Positions 40,330 to 53,642 of a stretch of DNA of 64,000 bases are shown piece by piece (the first letter of the stretch is position 1; every line of letters starts with the position of its first letter). The position numbers and the translations under genes are program-made. The DNA lies in NCBI RefSeq assembly GCF_001194135.2, contig NC_068981.1, positions 154,670,098 through 154,734,097 of the forward strand, written 5' to 3'. Source of the stretch: Octopus bimaculoides. Taxonomy: Eukaryota. The notes under the pieces are model-generated. The model had not been told where the DNA came from and ran no database searches. It saw only the letters and a program-made list of their open reading frames with translations.

Positions 40330-43300
40330 TTTACAAAAAAAAAAACAAAAAACAAAACAAAAGCCGAAGATGGGCGTGTAAACAACAAACAGATGCATTA
40401 GTTTAAGGCTCGGGAAGTGAGAAAGTTTTTTACGTTTCGAGCCTATGCTCTTCAACAGAAAGGAACACAGAAATAAACAGAGAGAGAAAATAAAAAAAGG
40501 TTTAGTGGCTAGCGATCAATCATGGCAAATGCCGGACAGAGGTGGTCAGACAGAAGAGCTAGGAAGAAGGGGAAATAATAAAGTAGTGTGGTGATTCCAA
40601 AATGAAGGTGGGTAGGAGTGAAGAGAGGAAGTAAGTGTCAGAGCAAGAGAGGAGAGGTAGGTGGGAGTGAAGGGAGGAAGTAGGTGAGAGGAAGAGAGGA
40701 GAGAGGAGGGGGTTAGATGAAGAGGAGAGGAGAGTTGAGCCCATGTGGTGCAACGGAGCGAAGAGAGAAGATTAATTCCTATTCACAACAAAGACGGGAG
40801 TCTGGATGGACTCTGTGCAAGGACAATCTGAACATGGACAGGTGTTGTAAAGAATGACCAGCAGAGCGGAAATGACATGAGACCGGGGTGTCATTGCTGA
40901 TTCTGATGTTTCAGAGATGTTCCATGAACTGGTCAGTCAAGTAGCATCCTGTTTGACTGATGTACAGAGGACAGAGAGAGCAGGAGATGCAGTAGATAAC
41001 ATTGCTAGAGGAGCAGGTGAAGAAGTCAGTGATATGGTAGGGTCGATGATGGGTGCCTGTGAGGATGGTGGTGTTGGAGAGGTAAGGGCAAGTGCGACAG
41101 CGTGGGTGGGAGCAGGGGAACGAGCTGGGTTGGGAGGNNNNNNNNNNACAGCGTGGGTGGGAGCAGGGGAACGAGCTGGGTTGGGAGGTTGGGTTAGGGA
41201 AGATGTGCGAAGTGGAGGGGTTGGACTGGAGTCGCCAGAAGGCTTAGAGAATGGTGCATTGGAGAGGTAGGGTGAAGGGGTGGTAGGTGAGGGGAAACGG
41301 GAGACGGGTGACAGCAGGGTGGGTGCAGGGGGAGAGAGCAGATGCATGGTCCATGGAATGTGCTCTGGCAAGGGCAGTGTGGATAGTGGTGAGGGGATAT
41401 CCACGTCGGTTGAAGTGGCGAGCCATGAGTTGAGACTGAGTCGCAAAGTCATGGTTGTCACTGCAGAGTCTGCACAGATGGAGGAATTGGGAATAGGGGA
41501 AGGAGAGCTTGGTGTGTTTAGGGTGGGAGGAGGAGAAGTTGAGGTATGAGTGTGAGTCTGTGTGTTTGTAGTGGATGAAGGTGGTGAGAGTAAAGTGATG
41601 AATGCTGACCGAAATGTCAAGAAAGGCGATGGAAGTGTTTGAAATAGTGCAAGAGAAGTGGAGGGCAGCATAGAAAGATTTGACAAAAGAGAGGAAGGAG
41701 TCTAGTTGTTCACAGGAAAATAAGGCTGCACCGATACAGTTGTCAATATAACGACTGTATAGTTTTTGGAGTGGGACCAGTGAAACTTGAGAATATTTGG
41801 GCCTCAACGTAGCCAACGAACAGGTTCGCATAGTTGGGCCCATTCGCGTTCCCATGGCCACTCCTGAGAACTACTCGTAAAAATCACCCACAAACGAGAA
41901 GCAGTTAAGGGAGGGAACAAGTTCGGCCAGACGAAGAAGTGTGGATGTGTCAGGTTAGGGGTTGGGTCGAAGGTCAAGATAGTGAATGAGTGCACGAAGC
42001 CCCTCGTGGTGAGGGATCACCATGTGTAGGCTCTTGATGTCAAGAGTGAAGAGATGTTTAGAGGGGCCAGGAGGGAAGGAGAAAGAATTGAACAGACAAA
42101 GAGCATAGTTAGTGTCATGGATGTGAGAGGGGAGGGAAACCACTAGCGGGGCAAGGACACGGTCAAGATATCTGGAGATGAGTTCGGTGGGGCAGTTGCA
42201 GGCGGAGATAATGGGGTGGCCAGGGTTGTTAGGTTTGTGGATTTTGGGGACGAAGTAAATTGTGGGGATGCAAGGGGTGCGGACAATGAGGTTGGAGGTG
42301 GTGGGAGGGAGAAGGGAGGAGATAAGGTCATGGATAGTGGAGGACACCATCTGTTGGTAGCTGGACGTGGGGTTGGAGGGCAGAGGTGTTTTGGAGTTGG
42401 CAGAGAGCTTTGGCCTTGTAGAGGTCTGTGCGTCACACCACCATGGCCCCACCCTTGTCAGCCAGTTTTATGATGATGTTTTTGTGGCATTGGAGACATC
42501 GAAGGGCCGAGAGTTTGGCTGGGGAGATGTTCAGATGTCAGGGACAACTGGAAAAGCCAAACTGGTCCACAGCATGATGGCTGACACCCGCAAAAAGATT
42601 GACTACCAGGAGCTGGCATCCACTGAGATGGTCAGTGGCCCAGGTCGATGAAGCAGTCCTCCTCATTAGATGCAGGTGGAGTGTCGCAGAATAGCACACA
42701 CAACCTAACACGGCATACAAAGCTGTGGATATCGGCACGAGTCCAAAATTTGTTGGTGGATGGAGTGAGGGGGATGAAGCACAGGCTGCTACTGAGGAGG
42801 GAGCACTCCGCCTCAGAGAGGAAGATCTGGGGGATGGTAACAACAGACTGAAATGGAGAAGGGGTAGATAGGATAGAAGTGGGAGGGGTCATGGGAGTAG
42901 TGGAAGGCTGGGAGGGAAGGGATGAGGGGTAGATGTGGTGGGGTTGGAGTGANNNNNNNNNNNNNNNNNNNNNNNNNNNNNNNNNNNNNNNNNNNNNNNN
43001 NNNNNNNNNNNNNNNNNNNNNNNNNNNNNNNNNNNNNNNNNNNNNNNNNNNNNNNNNNNNNNNNNNNNNNNNNNNNNNNNNNNNNNNNNNNNNNNNNNNN
43101 NNNNNNNNNNNNNNNAGGGGAGGAGTGGGGATAGTGGCATCGGGTGTGATGGAATGGAGGAGTGAGTGGAGTTTACGTTGTTTGGTGTGAGCAAGAAATT
43201 CATGAGAGATGATTTAAATGGATTATGTAACATAAAGTGGAGTTTGCATGGGAGGGTGACTGAGAGAAGATAGAAAACGCAAGAGGAAGAAGGCAGTCAA

Positions 43301-43480
43301 TGGTGTGTATTTTGGAGAGATTAGGACAAATGGTGGTGTGCATAAGGCGGTAGGAAGTAATATGGAGTATGGGTAGGATGGTTAAAGCAGAGTGGAGAAT
43401 GGGGTGGAAATGGAAGTGGAAACCTTTAGGGATGAAGCGGTGATGAAGGCAGCGACTGAGAAAGGAAAATAGCTAGAGAA
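40330..43480 (-). mobile_element. Near full-length Penelope-like element (RT + GIY-YIG), inactivated
   Basis: N-terminal FLSRCLHHRFIPKGF; IIIKLADKGGAMVV; YFVPKIHKPNNPGHPIISAC; AMGTRMGP; YSRYIDNC; AFLDIS; YKHTDSHSYLNFSSSHP; GIY-YIG-like SSNVIYCISCSLCPLYISQTG; C-terminal PVSCHF...VAPHGLN. Contains frameshifts and two N-gaps. Confidence 0.95.
40426..40462 (-). ncRNA. Minimal type I hammerhead ribozyme candidate at the PLE 3' end
   Basis: cuuu-CUGUUGA-a-GAGC(auag)GCUC-GAAACGUA-aaaa. Perfect 4-bp stem II, palindromic ACGU stem III, 3-bp stem I. Core position 6 is U instead of A. Confidence 0.65.
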
Positions 43481-43481
43481 G

Positions 43482-43517
<36 letters not shown>

Positions 43518-43527
43518 NNNNNNNNNN

Positions 43528-43568
<41 letters not shown>

Positions 43569-43783
43569 ATATATATTTATGCAATTTATATATATAAATA
43601 CATAAGAGGAATCTACTAATGGGATTCCTTACGCTAGAAAGAACTGCTCGGTTCTAGAGCCATAAAATTAGGGATAAAATCCTGAAAAGGAACGAAATGA
43701 AAAATAAAAACTTATATATATATACATACATATATACACAATATATTATATGCAATGTTTATATATATACAAGATATATATCA

Positions 43784-44050
43784 TCATCATTGTCGTTTAA
43801 CGTCCGCTTTCCATGCTAGCATGGGTTGGATGGTTCGACCAGGGTCTGGGAAGTCAAGAGGCTGCACCAGGCTCTAGTCTGATCTGGTAGTGTTTCAACA
43901 GCTGGATGCCTTTCCTAATGCCAACAACTCCATGAGTGTAGTGGCTGCTTTTTACGTGCCACTGGCATAGAGGCCAGAGGAGGCTGGCAATGGCCACGAT
44001 TGGTTGGTGCTTTTTTGACACGGAAGCCTGTCAAGGTGGTACTGGCATTG
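43784..44050 (-). repeat. Abundant RTE-tail-like SINE/LINE 3' end with (GAT)n tail. Other copies near 6150, 7516, 17939, 24064, 34163, 46015, 51146 and opposite-strand pieces near 21200, 37461, 59820
   Basis: Recurrent catcatc...gtttaacgtccgctttccatgctggcatgggttgga...gctggatgc(c)cttcctaa(c/t)gccaaccact. Copies at 46015 and 51146 run into RTE-type 3' sequence. Confidence 0.8.
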
Positions 44051-44902
44051 GCCATATATATGCAATATTTATATATATACAACGTGTATATATATATATA
44101 TATATATATATACAATCATGTGAGTGTGTAAATATATCTATATATACAGATATATATGTGTATACATATATACATACATATATATTATATATATGTAAGT
44201 ATATATACATGTGTATACACATATACATGTGTGTATATATACATATATAATGTGTGTATGTATGTATGTATGTATGTATGTATGTATGTATGTATGTATG
44301 TATATGGAAAATGTGGGTAGATCAAACGTATCCAACTTGCTTTCATATTAAATTAGAGATTGAAAATGGTTGGTATTGGGGTGAGGAAATATTAACATAG
44401 GTAAAGGATGGTTATGGTGATACTGATAGGGAAAAAAAAAACTTCAGTTATTCCTTTATTCCTCTGACTCATTGAGTGAAATGACAATGGATTTATTTAC
44501 CTGTACAATGATATATAAATCAATCAACATTGAAGAATCTAAGTGCAGAGTATAAAGAGAAAATGGTACAAGTGAAACAATTATTGTTTCATGCATTGAT
44601 GTGACAAAGCTTAACATTTATTGATCTTGATTTGCCAAAAAAGAAAAAAGAAATTAATTAATTCAAACTTAATGATAATATACATGGAAAAGCAATTGTA
44701 TATATTACAATAACGAGACTAATATTAAAATTTATATGCAATAACTTTGGTTGTTTATGTGTGTATGTATGTGTGTGCGCGCGTGTGTGCACAAATACAT
44801 ACAAATACATTAAGCACACACATAGATATGCCCATATATACTGACACACATATGTATGAATTTATGCATGCATACATACATACATACATAAATAAATAAA
44901 TA

Positions 44903-45960
44903 CAGGGAATTGTGGCTAAATTTGACAGTTTGCACAATAAGAAAAGAAAATACAAAAGCCTATCCAAATATAAATGTATTTCAAAAAATCAAAAATTAAC
45001 AACTGGATTATGGCTGGAAGATAACAGTATAATCAAGGCAGCTGCCCTCAGCTTCCACCACAACCTCAAGTTGGTTCTGGAACTTGGTGTATGCATTCCT
45101 CATTGTGACCCTGGGAAGATCTTTGAATACTTCCTTTATCTTGCCCAACAACTTGGCCTTTATGTTGCAGGCAGAGCAGTTGGTGTCTCTCTCAACTGCA
45201 CCCCACACATAGTAATCAATGGGATTACAATTGAAAGACTTAAGAGTCAAGAAATTGGGGCTGGTGAAGTCATAGAGATTCTCTGACAACTGCTTGCATC
45301 TCTTTCTGCAGGTATGGCAAGCACCTGAATCCTGTTGCAACATATATGGCCTTCTGGTAACAATCCTCTCCAGTCAGGTATTGACCACAGTCTCCAGCAG
45401 CTTCATGTAGCCAACTGAACTGAGTCTAAGGCCTTGTTCAAAAATATGGGGCAGAATGACATCACCTTCACTGGAGACACTCAAAGATCATCACAGTTTG
45501 GGGTATCATGGTTTTTATGACACATGGGACATCTCACAGATTGTAGGCAAGTCACCTGTTGTTCCAGGTTTTGCAACTAGTCCTGGCAGGAGTATTTTTC
45601 TTCTGAGAAGAACCAAACCATCCCCAACTTAAAAGGATGCCTTAGCTTGTTCAGGAGTTTCTTTGTCATTGTTAAGTAGTTCTTCTTGGCCTTGGCTGTC
45701 AGACTTTGCACCTCTTGTACGAGTGGTAGCAAAGGCCCTCATTCAGGGCCAGCTTCATGATGATGACTCCAATAATCATCCCTTTTGCCAAATCCTGGAT
45801 TCCCTTGCTTGGCTCTTCCATTACCTGGTCATGCTGTTGTTGGATGAATTCCAGCATGCAGACACAGACAACACCTGTTGTATCCCTTCCTGCTGGCCAC
45901 AGCTTTGTAGAGTTCATTGCAGCTATCTATGTCACATCTTACAGCCTTTGTAGTGTTCAC
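44903..45960 (-). mobile_element. maT (DD37D) Tc1/mariner element, decayed
   Basis: One terminus ta-cagggaattgtggctaaatttgacag. In LQQDSGACH...NCNPIDYYVWG I count 37 residues between D2 and D3. Upstream pieces KLALNEGLCYHSYKR and HIFEQGLRL. Confidence 0.85.
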
Positions 45961-46329
45961 AGAGCAGCAGTCATGATATTGGCATTTTGATACCAAGCAC
46001 AAATCATCATGATTTGGCATCGTTTCTACAGCTGGATGCCCTTCCTAACACCAACCACTCCAAAGTGTAGTAGGTGCCAATTATGAAACATCAGCATCAG
46101 TCATGACTATGATCTCATTTGGCTTGACAGGTCTTCTCAAGCATGGTATATTGCCAAAGGTCTTCATCACTTGTCACTGCCTCTGTGAGGCCCAAAGTTC
46201 GAAGAGGGCTTTTTACATGCCAGTTACATGACACTGGCATCAACCACTACTGTGATTTCACTTGGATTGATGGTTTTTTTCAGGCACATCATATCATCAA
46301 GGTTTCATTCACTTGTCATTGCATCCATG

Positions 46330-47260
46330 AGGCCCAACATTCAAAGATCATGTTCCACCACCTCATCCCATGTCCACCTGGGTCTACCTCTTCCACAGAT
46401 TCCCTCCACAGATAGAGTTCAGCACTTTTTCACACAGCTATCCTCGTCCATATGCATCATATGACCATACCAGCATAATCGCCTCTCTTGTGCACCACAT
46501 TTGGTGTTTCTTATGCCCAGCTTTTCTTTCAAGATGCTTATACTCTGTTGTACATGTACACTGACATTGCACATCTAGTGAAACATACTAGCTTCATTTC
46601 TTTCAAGCCTTCACATGCCATCGGCAGTCACAGCCCATGTTTCAATGCCATGTAGCATAGCTGTTTGCACATAGGCATTGTACAATCTGCCTTTCACTCT
46701 GAGGGAGAGGCCCTTTGTTACCAGCAGAGATAAGAGCTCACTGAACTTTGCTCAGTCTATTCTTATTCTAGTAGCTACGCTCTCAGAGCATCCACCTCCA
46801 CTACTGACTTGGTCACCTAGGTAATGGAAGCTATCAACTGCTTCTAGTTTTCCCCACTAGCATTGGATGGAGTCTATTTTCTGTACACAATAACTATTTT
46901 CCCTGTTAATCTTCCTCTGGTATTGCTGCACTTCTTATGTGTCCACAGCTACAGATCAAGCAGGGTCATCTACCTGAAGAGATTTGTGATCTGTCTGCTC
47001 TCCTACTTACTAAGACTTTTGTTTTTGCTAGATTAACTCAGCCCTTTGTTTCTAGACCTTGCTTCCATGCTCTTCTCTAGTTCTGGTAGTGATTTGGCTA
47101 TAAGAACAAGGTTGTCAGCATAGAGGAGCTCCCAGGGACAACCCCTCTTAAATTCCTCTGTTATTGCCTGGAGGACTATGATGAACAAGAGGGGGATGAG
47201 GACTGATGCTTAGTGGACCACTACTTGTATCCTGAATTCATCACTATACTCGTAGCTAAC
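46330..47260 (-). mobile_element. RTE-clade LINE, 5'-truncated RT and C-terminus
   Basis: FIIVLQAITEEFKRGCPWELLYADNLVLIA (YADD motif), LEAVDSFHYLGDQVSSGGGCSESVATRIR, GLSLRVKGRLYNAYV, RLERNEASM. Confidence 0.9.
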
Positions 47261-48275
47261 CTTTACCTTACTGTTAGCATGACAAACAAATAAAAGAATA
47301 AAAGAATATATATATATATAAAGGTATAAAAGCTGATGAAGATTGTGAAAGAGGGAGGAATGGGCAGAAAGATGGCTAGATGGATAGACAGAGGGTGGAT
47401 AAATGGATATGTAGCAAGAAAGAGAGGTAAAAAAGGTAGGTTAACAGACACAACATAGCGAACTGCATGCATGGATGACCGGAGAGATGGATGGATGGAT
47501 GGATAGAGATAGATAGATACCTACCAACCTATACACATGCACATTCATACACACATACACACATGCATAAGAGATCTTTGACAGATCTTTATACATACAT
47601 ACGTACATATGCACGCATGCACATGCACACACACACACACACACACAACAACAACAACAACAACAACAACACAGTCATAACCTCGAGTACTGTCTACAAA
47701 TCAGAGGAGAACAAAAATAACCAAGAAATTTAGAAGAGAAAATGAATTGATTATAGACAGTATTTACATATATTTATTCAGTTGAAAGTGTTCTTTATGT
47801 ATTTAGTTTAAAGTATACCAACAAAATTAAATGGTTACATAAATTGATCCAAACAATTTTTGTAATTGACGCCACATGACTTCATCCAAGTGACTTGGTA
47901 AAGTCCTTGTTTGTATGCTATACATAATTTTAAAAGAGTGTTTGTTTTGTTTTTTTCAAGTGTGTTCAGTCATATTGCTATGAGCACTAGTCAGTTGGTC
48001 CATGAATTTCATATTATCTCTGAAAATATTTGTATTTTCAGACAAATTTATAGCTAATATATATTGAAAATGGGTATAGATGATAGGCGCAGGTATGGCT
48101 GTGTGGTTAAAAAGTTTGCTTCGCAACCATGTAGTCTTGGATTCAGTCCCCGAGTGTGGCACCTAGAGCAAGTGTCTTCTATATTTCTTTCTTGTGTGTA
48201 CTGTAGCCCTAAACTGGCCAAAGCCTTGTAAATGGATTTATTAGATGGAAATGAAAGCAACCCATTATATATGTA

Positions 48276-48500
48276 CAGGGTGTCCCAAAAGTGACTGATG
48301 GGTTTCAATTTTTAATAACTTCCTTAACTTTACAAATAAATATATGAAATTTTGATAGAAAATAAAGGACATAATGGAAATTTATATGCAAAAGTCAAAT
48401 TTTGCAACACCACTACATCACATATGAAAAATGAGATCACTTAAATGACAGCCATTTTCAGCTTCACCATCGGCTTCATAGAGTTTATGTCAACCAGATT
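48276..48500. mobile_element. Single terminus of a Tc1/mariner-type element
   Basis: ta-cagggtgtcccaaaagtgact is a typical Tc1/mariner TIR. No partner TIR was found. Confidence 0.5.
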
Positions 48501-49769
48501 CATTCACAAGACATTGGCTGTCTCAGAACTATAGTAGAAGAGACTTTCCTAAGGTGCAACTTGATGTGACCGAACCTGAAACTATGTGGTTGCAAGACAA
48601 ACTTCTTAATCACACAACCATGATTGAACTTTGGGAAAACAAAAAACAAAAAAAATATGAAGTTTTTTATTTTCCTCTACCAAAAAAAACAAAAGAGTCC
48701 ACAAATAAGGATCCTGAGTCAATCTCAACAAGCAAACTTTGATTAAAAATATGCTAGTCATGACCATCCAGTTACATGTCCTCAGTAAAGTGGAGTCTGA
48801 TTTGCAGAAAATTTGATTTGTATTCAGTAGGCCCAACAACTGTGTAGAGGCAGTAATTTGATTTCTTCAGTTGCCACATACAGGTAATAGAATTGTAAAG
48901 GAACTATCAAATCTGGAAGTTACCAATATTAACTTACCACTCAGCCTCTTTTGTTATTGCAAAACATACTCTTATGTAAGCTGGTCTGTTGCTTTTCTCA
49001 TAACCTATTAGGTTACTAGGTTGCCACAGAAGATCACCGGCAACTATTTTCACTTATCATCCATATGCATCAAATGTCCATACCACCATAACTTTGCTCT
49101 TGCATACAATTGATTCCACATACACCCAGTTTTCCTCTCAGCTCATCTATAACTAGTTAAAGCTCAGTAACTTCACACATCTAATGAATCAAGGTCATCA
49201 CTAGATCTACCCTTGGCTAGGATTTCTGCACGTTTCACTATGAAGAGAGCATCAGGGATACCCCAGCCTGAAACAAACCCAAACTACATCTCAGTCTGAT
49301 ACCTCTGTAGTTGTTTTTTTTTCTTTCTAGATCTTCACATTTGCCACAGTAACAGCTGAGGATTATACTACTGTATCAGTCATTACATATGACAACCTCA
49401 CAGTAAAACTTGCTAGACTATGCAGGTATTAGCTTGAATCTTATTTCAATAGATATTTTCAGTGTCTCAGTGACGATACCAGTTGAATCAACTACTTTCC
49501 CAAACTCCATAAACTAAATAGCCATTTGACTGTATACACACACATGCGGACACATATATTTACACACACACACTCACACACACACACACACACACAAACA
49601 CAAACACACACACACATGATGCCCCAACATGACCATAATCCAATGAGGGAAACCAATAAAAGAAAAGAGCATAACATATAATCTGCTGGGCTTTAAGAGA
49701 ATTTTTTTTTTACTGTGTCTAAGTCAGCTCTTATACACATTAAACCATCCCTTGAAAAATGAATTTTTT

Positions 49770-51130
49770 TTTAAATTAAAAAACCAGAGACATTCTATTG
49801 TTTCATCTGTCCTGCTGAATCATTATAGTATAATTCCACATGAATATGGATTAAAGGCCATTGAATTCTGGTCACAAAAATTTTTCTAATGAACTACCTG
49901 AATGAATGGAGAAAACTTCATCATTGAAGGAATTAAATTCACCTGGGAAAATAATTATTTCAACTTCAAAGGCATCATTTACAGACAAATATCAGAGACT
50001 GTGATGAGAACAAGAGCCACTCTAACTTATGCTAATTTAGTCATGGCATATTTAGAAATTCAAATATTTGAGCAGTCCAGACTAAGTTATGGCAACAATT
50101 TCATAAAACACTTATTGGACTATTGGTAACAATAGTTGGATGATTGTTTTATTCTGTAGATACACAGTCTTGATCAGTTTAATGAGTTAGAAACTTTAGT
50201 TAACATTATAAATAATAGCATTCAATTCACAATAGGGTACAGTAAAAAGAACTAGCTTTTGGGGAAATCTTAGTCATTGAGAGGAACATAAACACTAAAA
50301 CTAACACTCACTTTCAGCCAACAGACTCAAAACGATATTTGTTATTTACTTCTTACCCTTTCTAAACAAGAAACAACAAATATATTCATTTTGCAAGAAG
50401 AATCTGCAAAATTGTATCCATTTTAGAAACTCAAGATGAATAGCCTCAAGAATTAAGGAAAATATTATTTGGAAAACATTACTCAGCAAAATAAACTGAT
50501 AATAAAATAGCACATACCGAATAATAGATGTTTAAGATCTTTGAAGGACTAAAAACATTTCTGATACACTCAAAGCCTTAACATCAACATACAATCCAAG
50601 AAATACAGAATAGCATACAACATTATTCATCAGAATATACCACTATTGAGGAAAGACTAAAAAATGAAATATGTACTCAAAACTCAAAGAAAATTGAAAG
50701 ACAATTAAATCCTTAAAGATTACTTACTGAAAATATAACCCCAAGTCAAAAAGTGTGGATGCACTAACTGCAGAATCTGTATTAATCTTATGGAAGTTAC
50801 AATTTATGAATTTAAATTGGAATAGATATTTACCCTGAAAAACTTTTCCTGTATATCAAAGAATTAAAATTATGTAACTAAATGTAACAGATGTGTGAAG
50901 ATTACATAGGACAAATGAGATTAGTTTTGAGAAGAGTGGCTGTATATTATCAACAAATACAAAATACTCATCATATATGGACTTGTGTGCAATAAATAAA
51001 TTCCCAAAATATCCAGTTTTCTCTGTGTTGAATATATGAACAAAGCAAATATGAAAGAATAAATGAAGCATTTTTATGAAGAAATACAAATTATGTCCAC
51101 AAAAAGATGCTCTGCAACATAAATTAATGC
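49770..51130 (+). mobile_element. Decayed Penelope-like element (RT + GIY-YIG remnant)
   Basis: IPHEYGLKAIEFW, FTWENNYFNFKGIIYRQISETVMRTRATLTYANLVMAYLE, LDDCFIL, FQPTDSKRYLLF, and NYVTKCNRC..DYIGQ (GIY-YIG-like). Confidence 0.85.
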
Positions 51131-52459
51131 TAACATAACTTATAATCATTGTTTAATGTCTGTTTTCCATGCTGGCATGGGTTGGACAGTTTGACAGGAC
51201 AACTCCAGGGAGCTGTCCAGACTCTAGCTGTTTGTTTTGGCATGGTTTCTACAGCTGGATGCCCTTCCTAATGCCAGCCACTTTACAGGGTGTGCTGGGT
51301 GCTTTCTATGTGTCACTGGCATGGGTGTGATCACGCAGCATTGGCACAAGTGAATTTATGCAACACTGGCATGAGCACATTTTATGTGACATCAACATGA
51401 ATGCATTTTACATGGCACTGGCACAAGTACATTTTGTGTGGCACTGGCACCTGCAAAGGACATGCCTGTATGTATGGATGACTGCGATTTCACTTAGCTT
51501 GACATATATTTTCATGTACAGCAAATCACCACAACTCCCAGTCCTTTGTCATTTCCTCAGTGAGGCCCAGCATCTGAAGATCCTTTCTCACCACTTCATC
51601 CCATGTCTTCCTGGGTCAACCCCTTCCACAGTTTTCCTCCACAATCAGAGATCAGCTTTTCTTTAAGCAGCTGTCCTAATCCATACACAATTACTATTTT
51701 TTGAAAATAGATAATTAAAGATCCTCTTTCACTTTGCCCATCATTATCATATCAGTTGTAAAACCAGTTGAGAAACTGAATAGAAATTAAAAGAAAAACG
51801 AGAGAAATTTAAGTGCATTTCATTAAAATTTTTTTAAGTATCTCAACTTGTGTGGTAAAAGATTTTGTATGTATGCATGTATGTATGTGATACTTGAGAA
51901 AGTTTGTGCATATGTTTGTGTATATAATCATCTTCTCGTCCCCATCTTTCTTTTGTATGTAGCTATTGCTCCTTCTCTACTGCCACAATACTGAAAATCA
52001 GTGTTTTATTACTCTACCCTTTTCTGATCCTGAATGGAACTCTTTCTTCCTCTTTACTGCTTCACTCCCTTTTTGTCACATACTTTCCCTTTTCTTCATC
52101 TTTTTGCCACTCTAATACTATCAACACTTCTTTTACTTCTCTAATGTCCTTTCTCTTTCTCTATACTTTTAGAAATCAGTTGCAAGGTTAGAATTTTAGC
52201 AGAATACTTGATTAATGTAGAGTTGTTGCTAATTATACACACACACTCATCAGCTACTGAAACTGACATATCAACTGATTTTAATTTAAGCAAGAGGACA
52301 AATTCTGTGTTTGTGATTTTAAATTATTGTCACAACTGAATGAAGTCTTCTCTTTTACAAGCTACTTGCTAAAAATGTTTCCTTCAATAATGCTATGGAA
52401 AAAAGAAGTCTTGCCAAGTGTGCACATTTTGAATTAGTTTGAGATCCACTTCAATCATA

Positions 52460-53606
52460 TGGATTCCATCACATCTACAGAGCTTACTGGGAGAAGGAGA
52501 TTTTCAGAATTGTTAATGCCCAGTCGATTCATAATCCCTGTGGTATACTCAACAAGAAGTCACTTTGCACAGAGAACAAGTGTGCCAAACATTTTCCAAA
52601 ACCATTTGTCATGGAGACCCAAACAAGAGAAAATGGCTATCCCACTCACTGAAGAAGAACTCCAAAGGATGGAAACTTCAAACATAGGACATTGACATCT
52701 GTTAGATAGTTCCCTTCAGGCCTCTTCTAACCAAGATGGTTAATGCACACATCAGCTTTGAGTTAGTCCTGCAATTCATTAAAGTTCATTAAGCATGTCA
52801 ACAAACATGTCATCAAGGAATTGATGCTGTAATGTTTGCTTCAATATAGCAAAACAGTTGTGATGAAGTTAGTCAATTACAGCAAGGACAAAGCAACTGT
52901 AGTGATGAAGCTTTATGGCACTTTTAGGTCCCTGCCATTCATGAATATACTATAGAAATCAACAGCTTGCTGTGAATTTGGAAAATAAGTTATTGAATTT
53001 CAAGCATCAAGTTCAACAGATATACTTCACCATGGAAATAGGGCACATAGATAAAATCAACAATGCATTCATCATTGACTATTTCAAAGATATAAATCAC
53101 TATGAACTTCAATAATACAGCTTCTCCCAATCAGACTACACTGAAATCAATAATCTAGAAACATAAGTGGTATCATATAATGTTGACACAGAAATAGCAA
53201 CAATAATGTTGCATAATTTAAATCAGCTGTGGCTTTGCAATAGCACAAAAATGGTTAAGATGTTGATGTTACATGTTATCAAGGTTACAATTCTCACAGG
53301 GTACATCAAAAGAGAGGATACAGTTATACTCAGATTCCCACTCATGCCAACAGACATGCCTTTTTGATTTAGAAGATTTCAGCTTCCGGAACATCTAAGC
53401 TTTCCTATGTCAATCATTAAATCCTAATTGCAAACACTGACAGATGAGGAATATTGCTTTGCTAATGGTCAGTTTTATGCTCAAGAGATTGAAGCTTCCA
53501 GAAACTATTCATGCTTCTGATGGTTAAACCAAAAACATTGTATATCCTGAGAAGCTGACAATAACAATGTGCATAATTCCCAAGGTTATGATGGATACAG
53601 AGCTAA
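52460..53606 (+). mobile_element. Internally deleted Helitron (Rep fragment plus PIF1-helicase C-terminus)
   Basis: Rep: IHNPCGILNKKSLCTENKCAKHFPKPFVMETQTRENGYP, IVPFRPLLTKMVNAHISFE, DEVSQLQQG..SDEALWHF. Helicase: IMLHNLNQLWLCNST, VTILTG, RFPLMPTDMPF*FRRFQLPEHLSFPMSIIKS. Confidence 0.88.
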
Positions 53607-53642
53607 TATCATATAAGTTGGGGTCCACATTGTAACTCTTAA

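Noticed and set aside
41097-41188. Exact 41-bp direct repeat inside the PLE
   Set aside because: The two copies sit on either side of a 10-N gap, the signature of unmerged overlapping contig ends.
40937-41686. 249-aa Pro/Ser/Thr-rich ORF and neighbouring 80-165 aa ORFs
   Set aside because: These are alternative or shifted frames of the decayed Penelope ORF, and one crosses an N-gap. They are not host genes.
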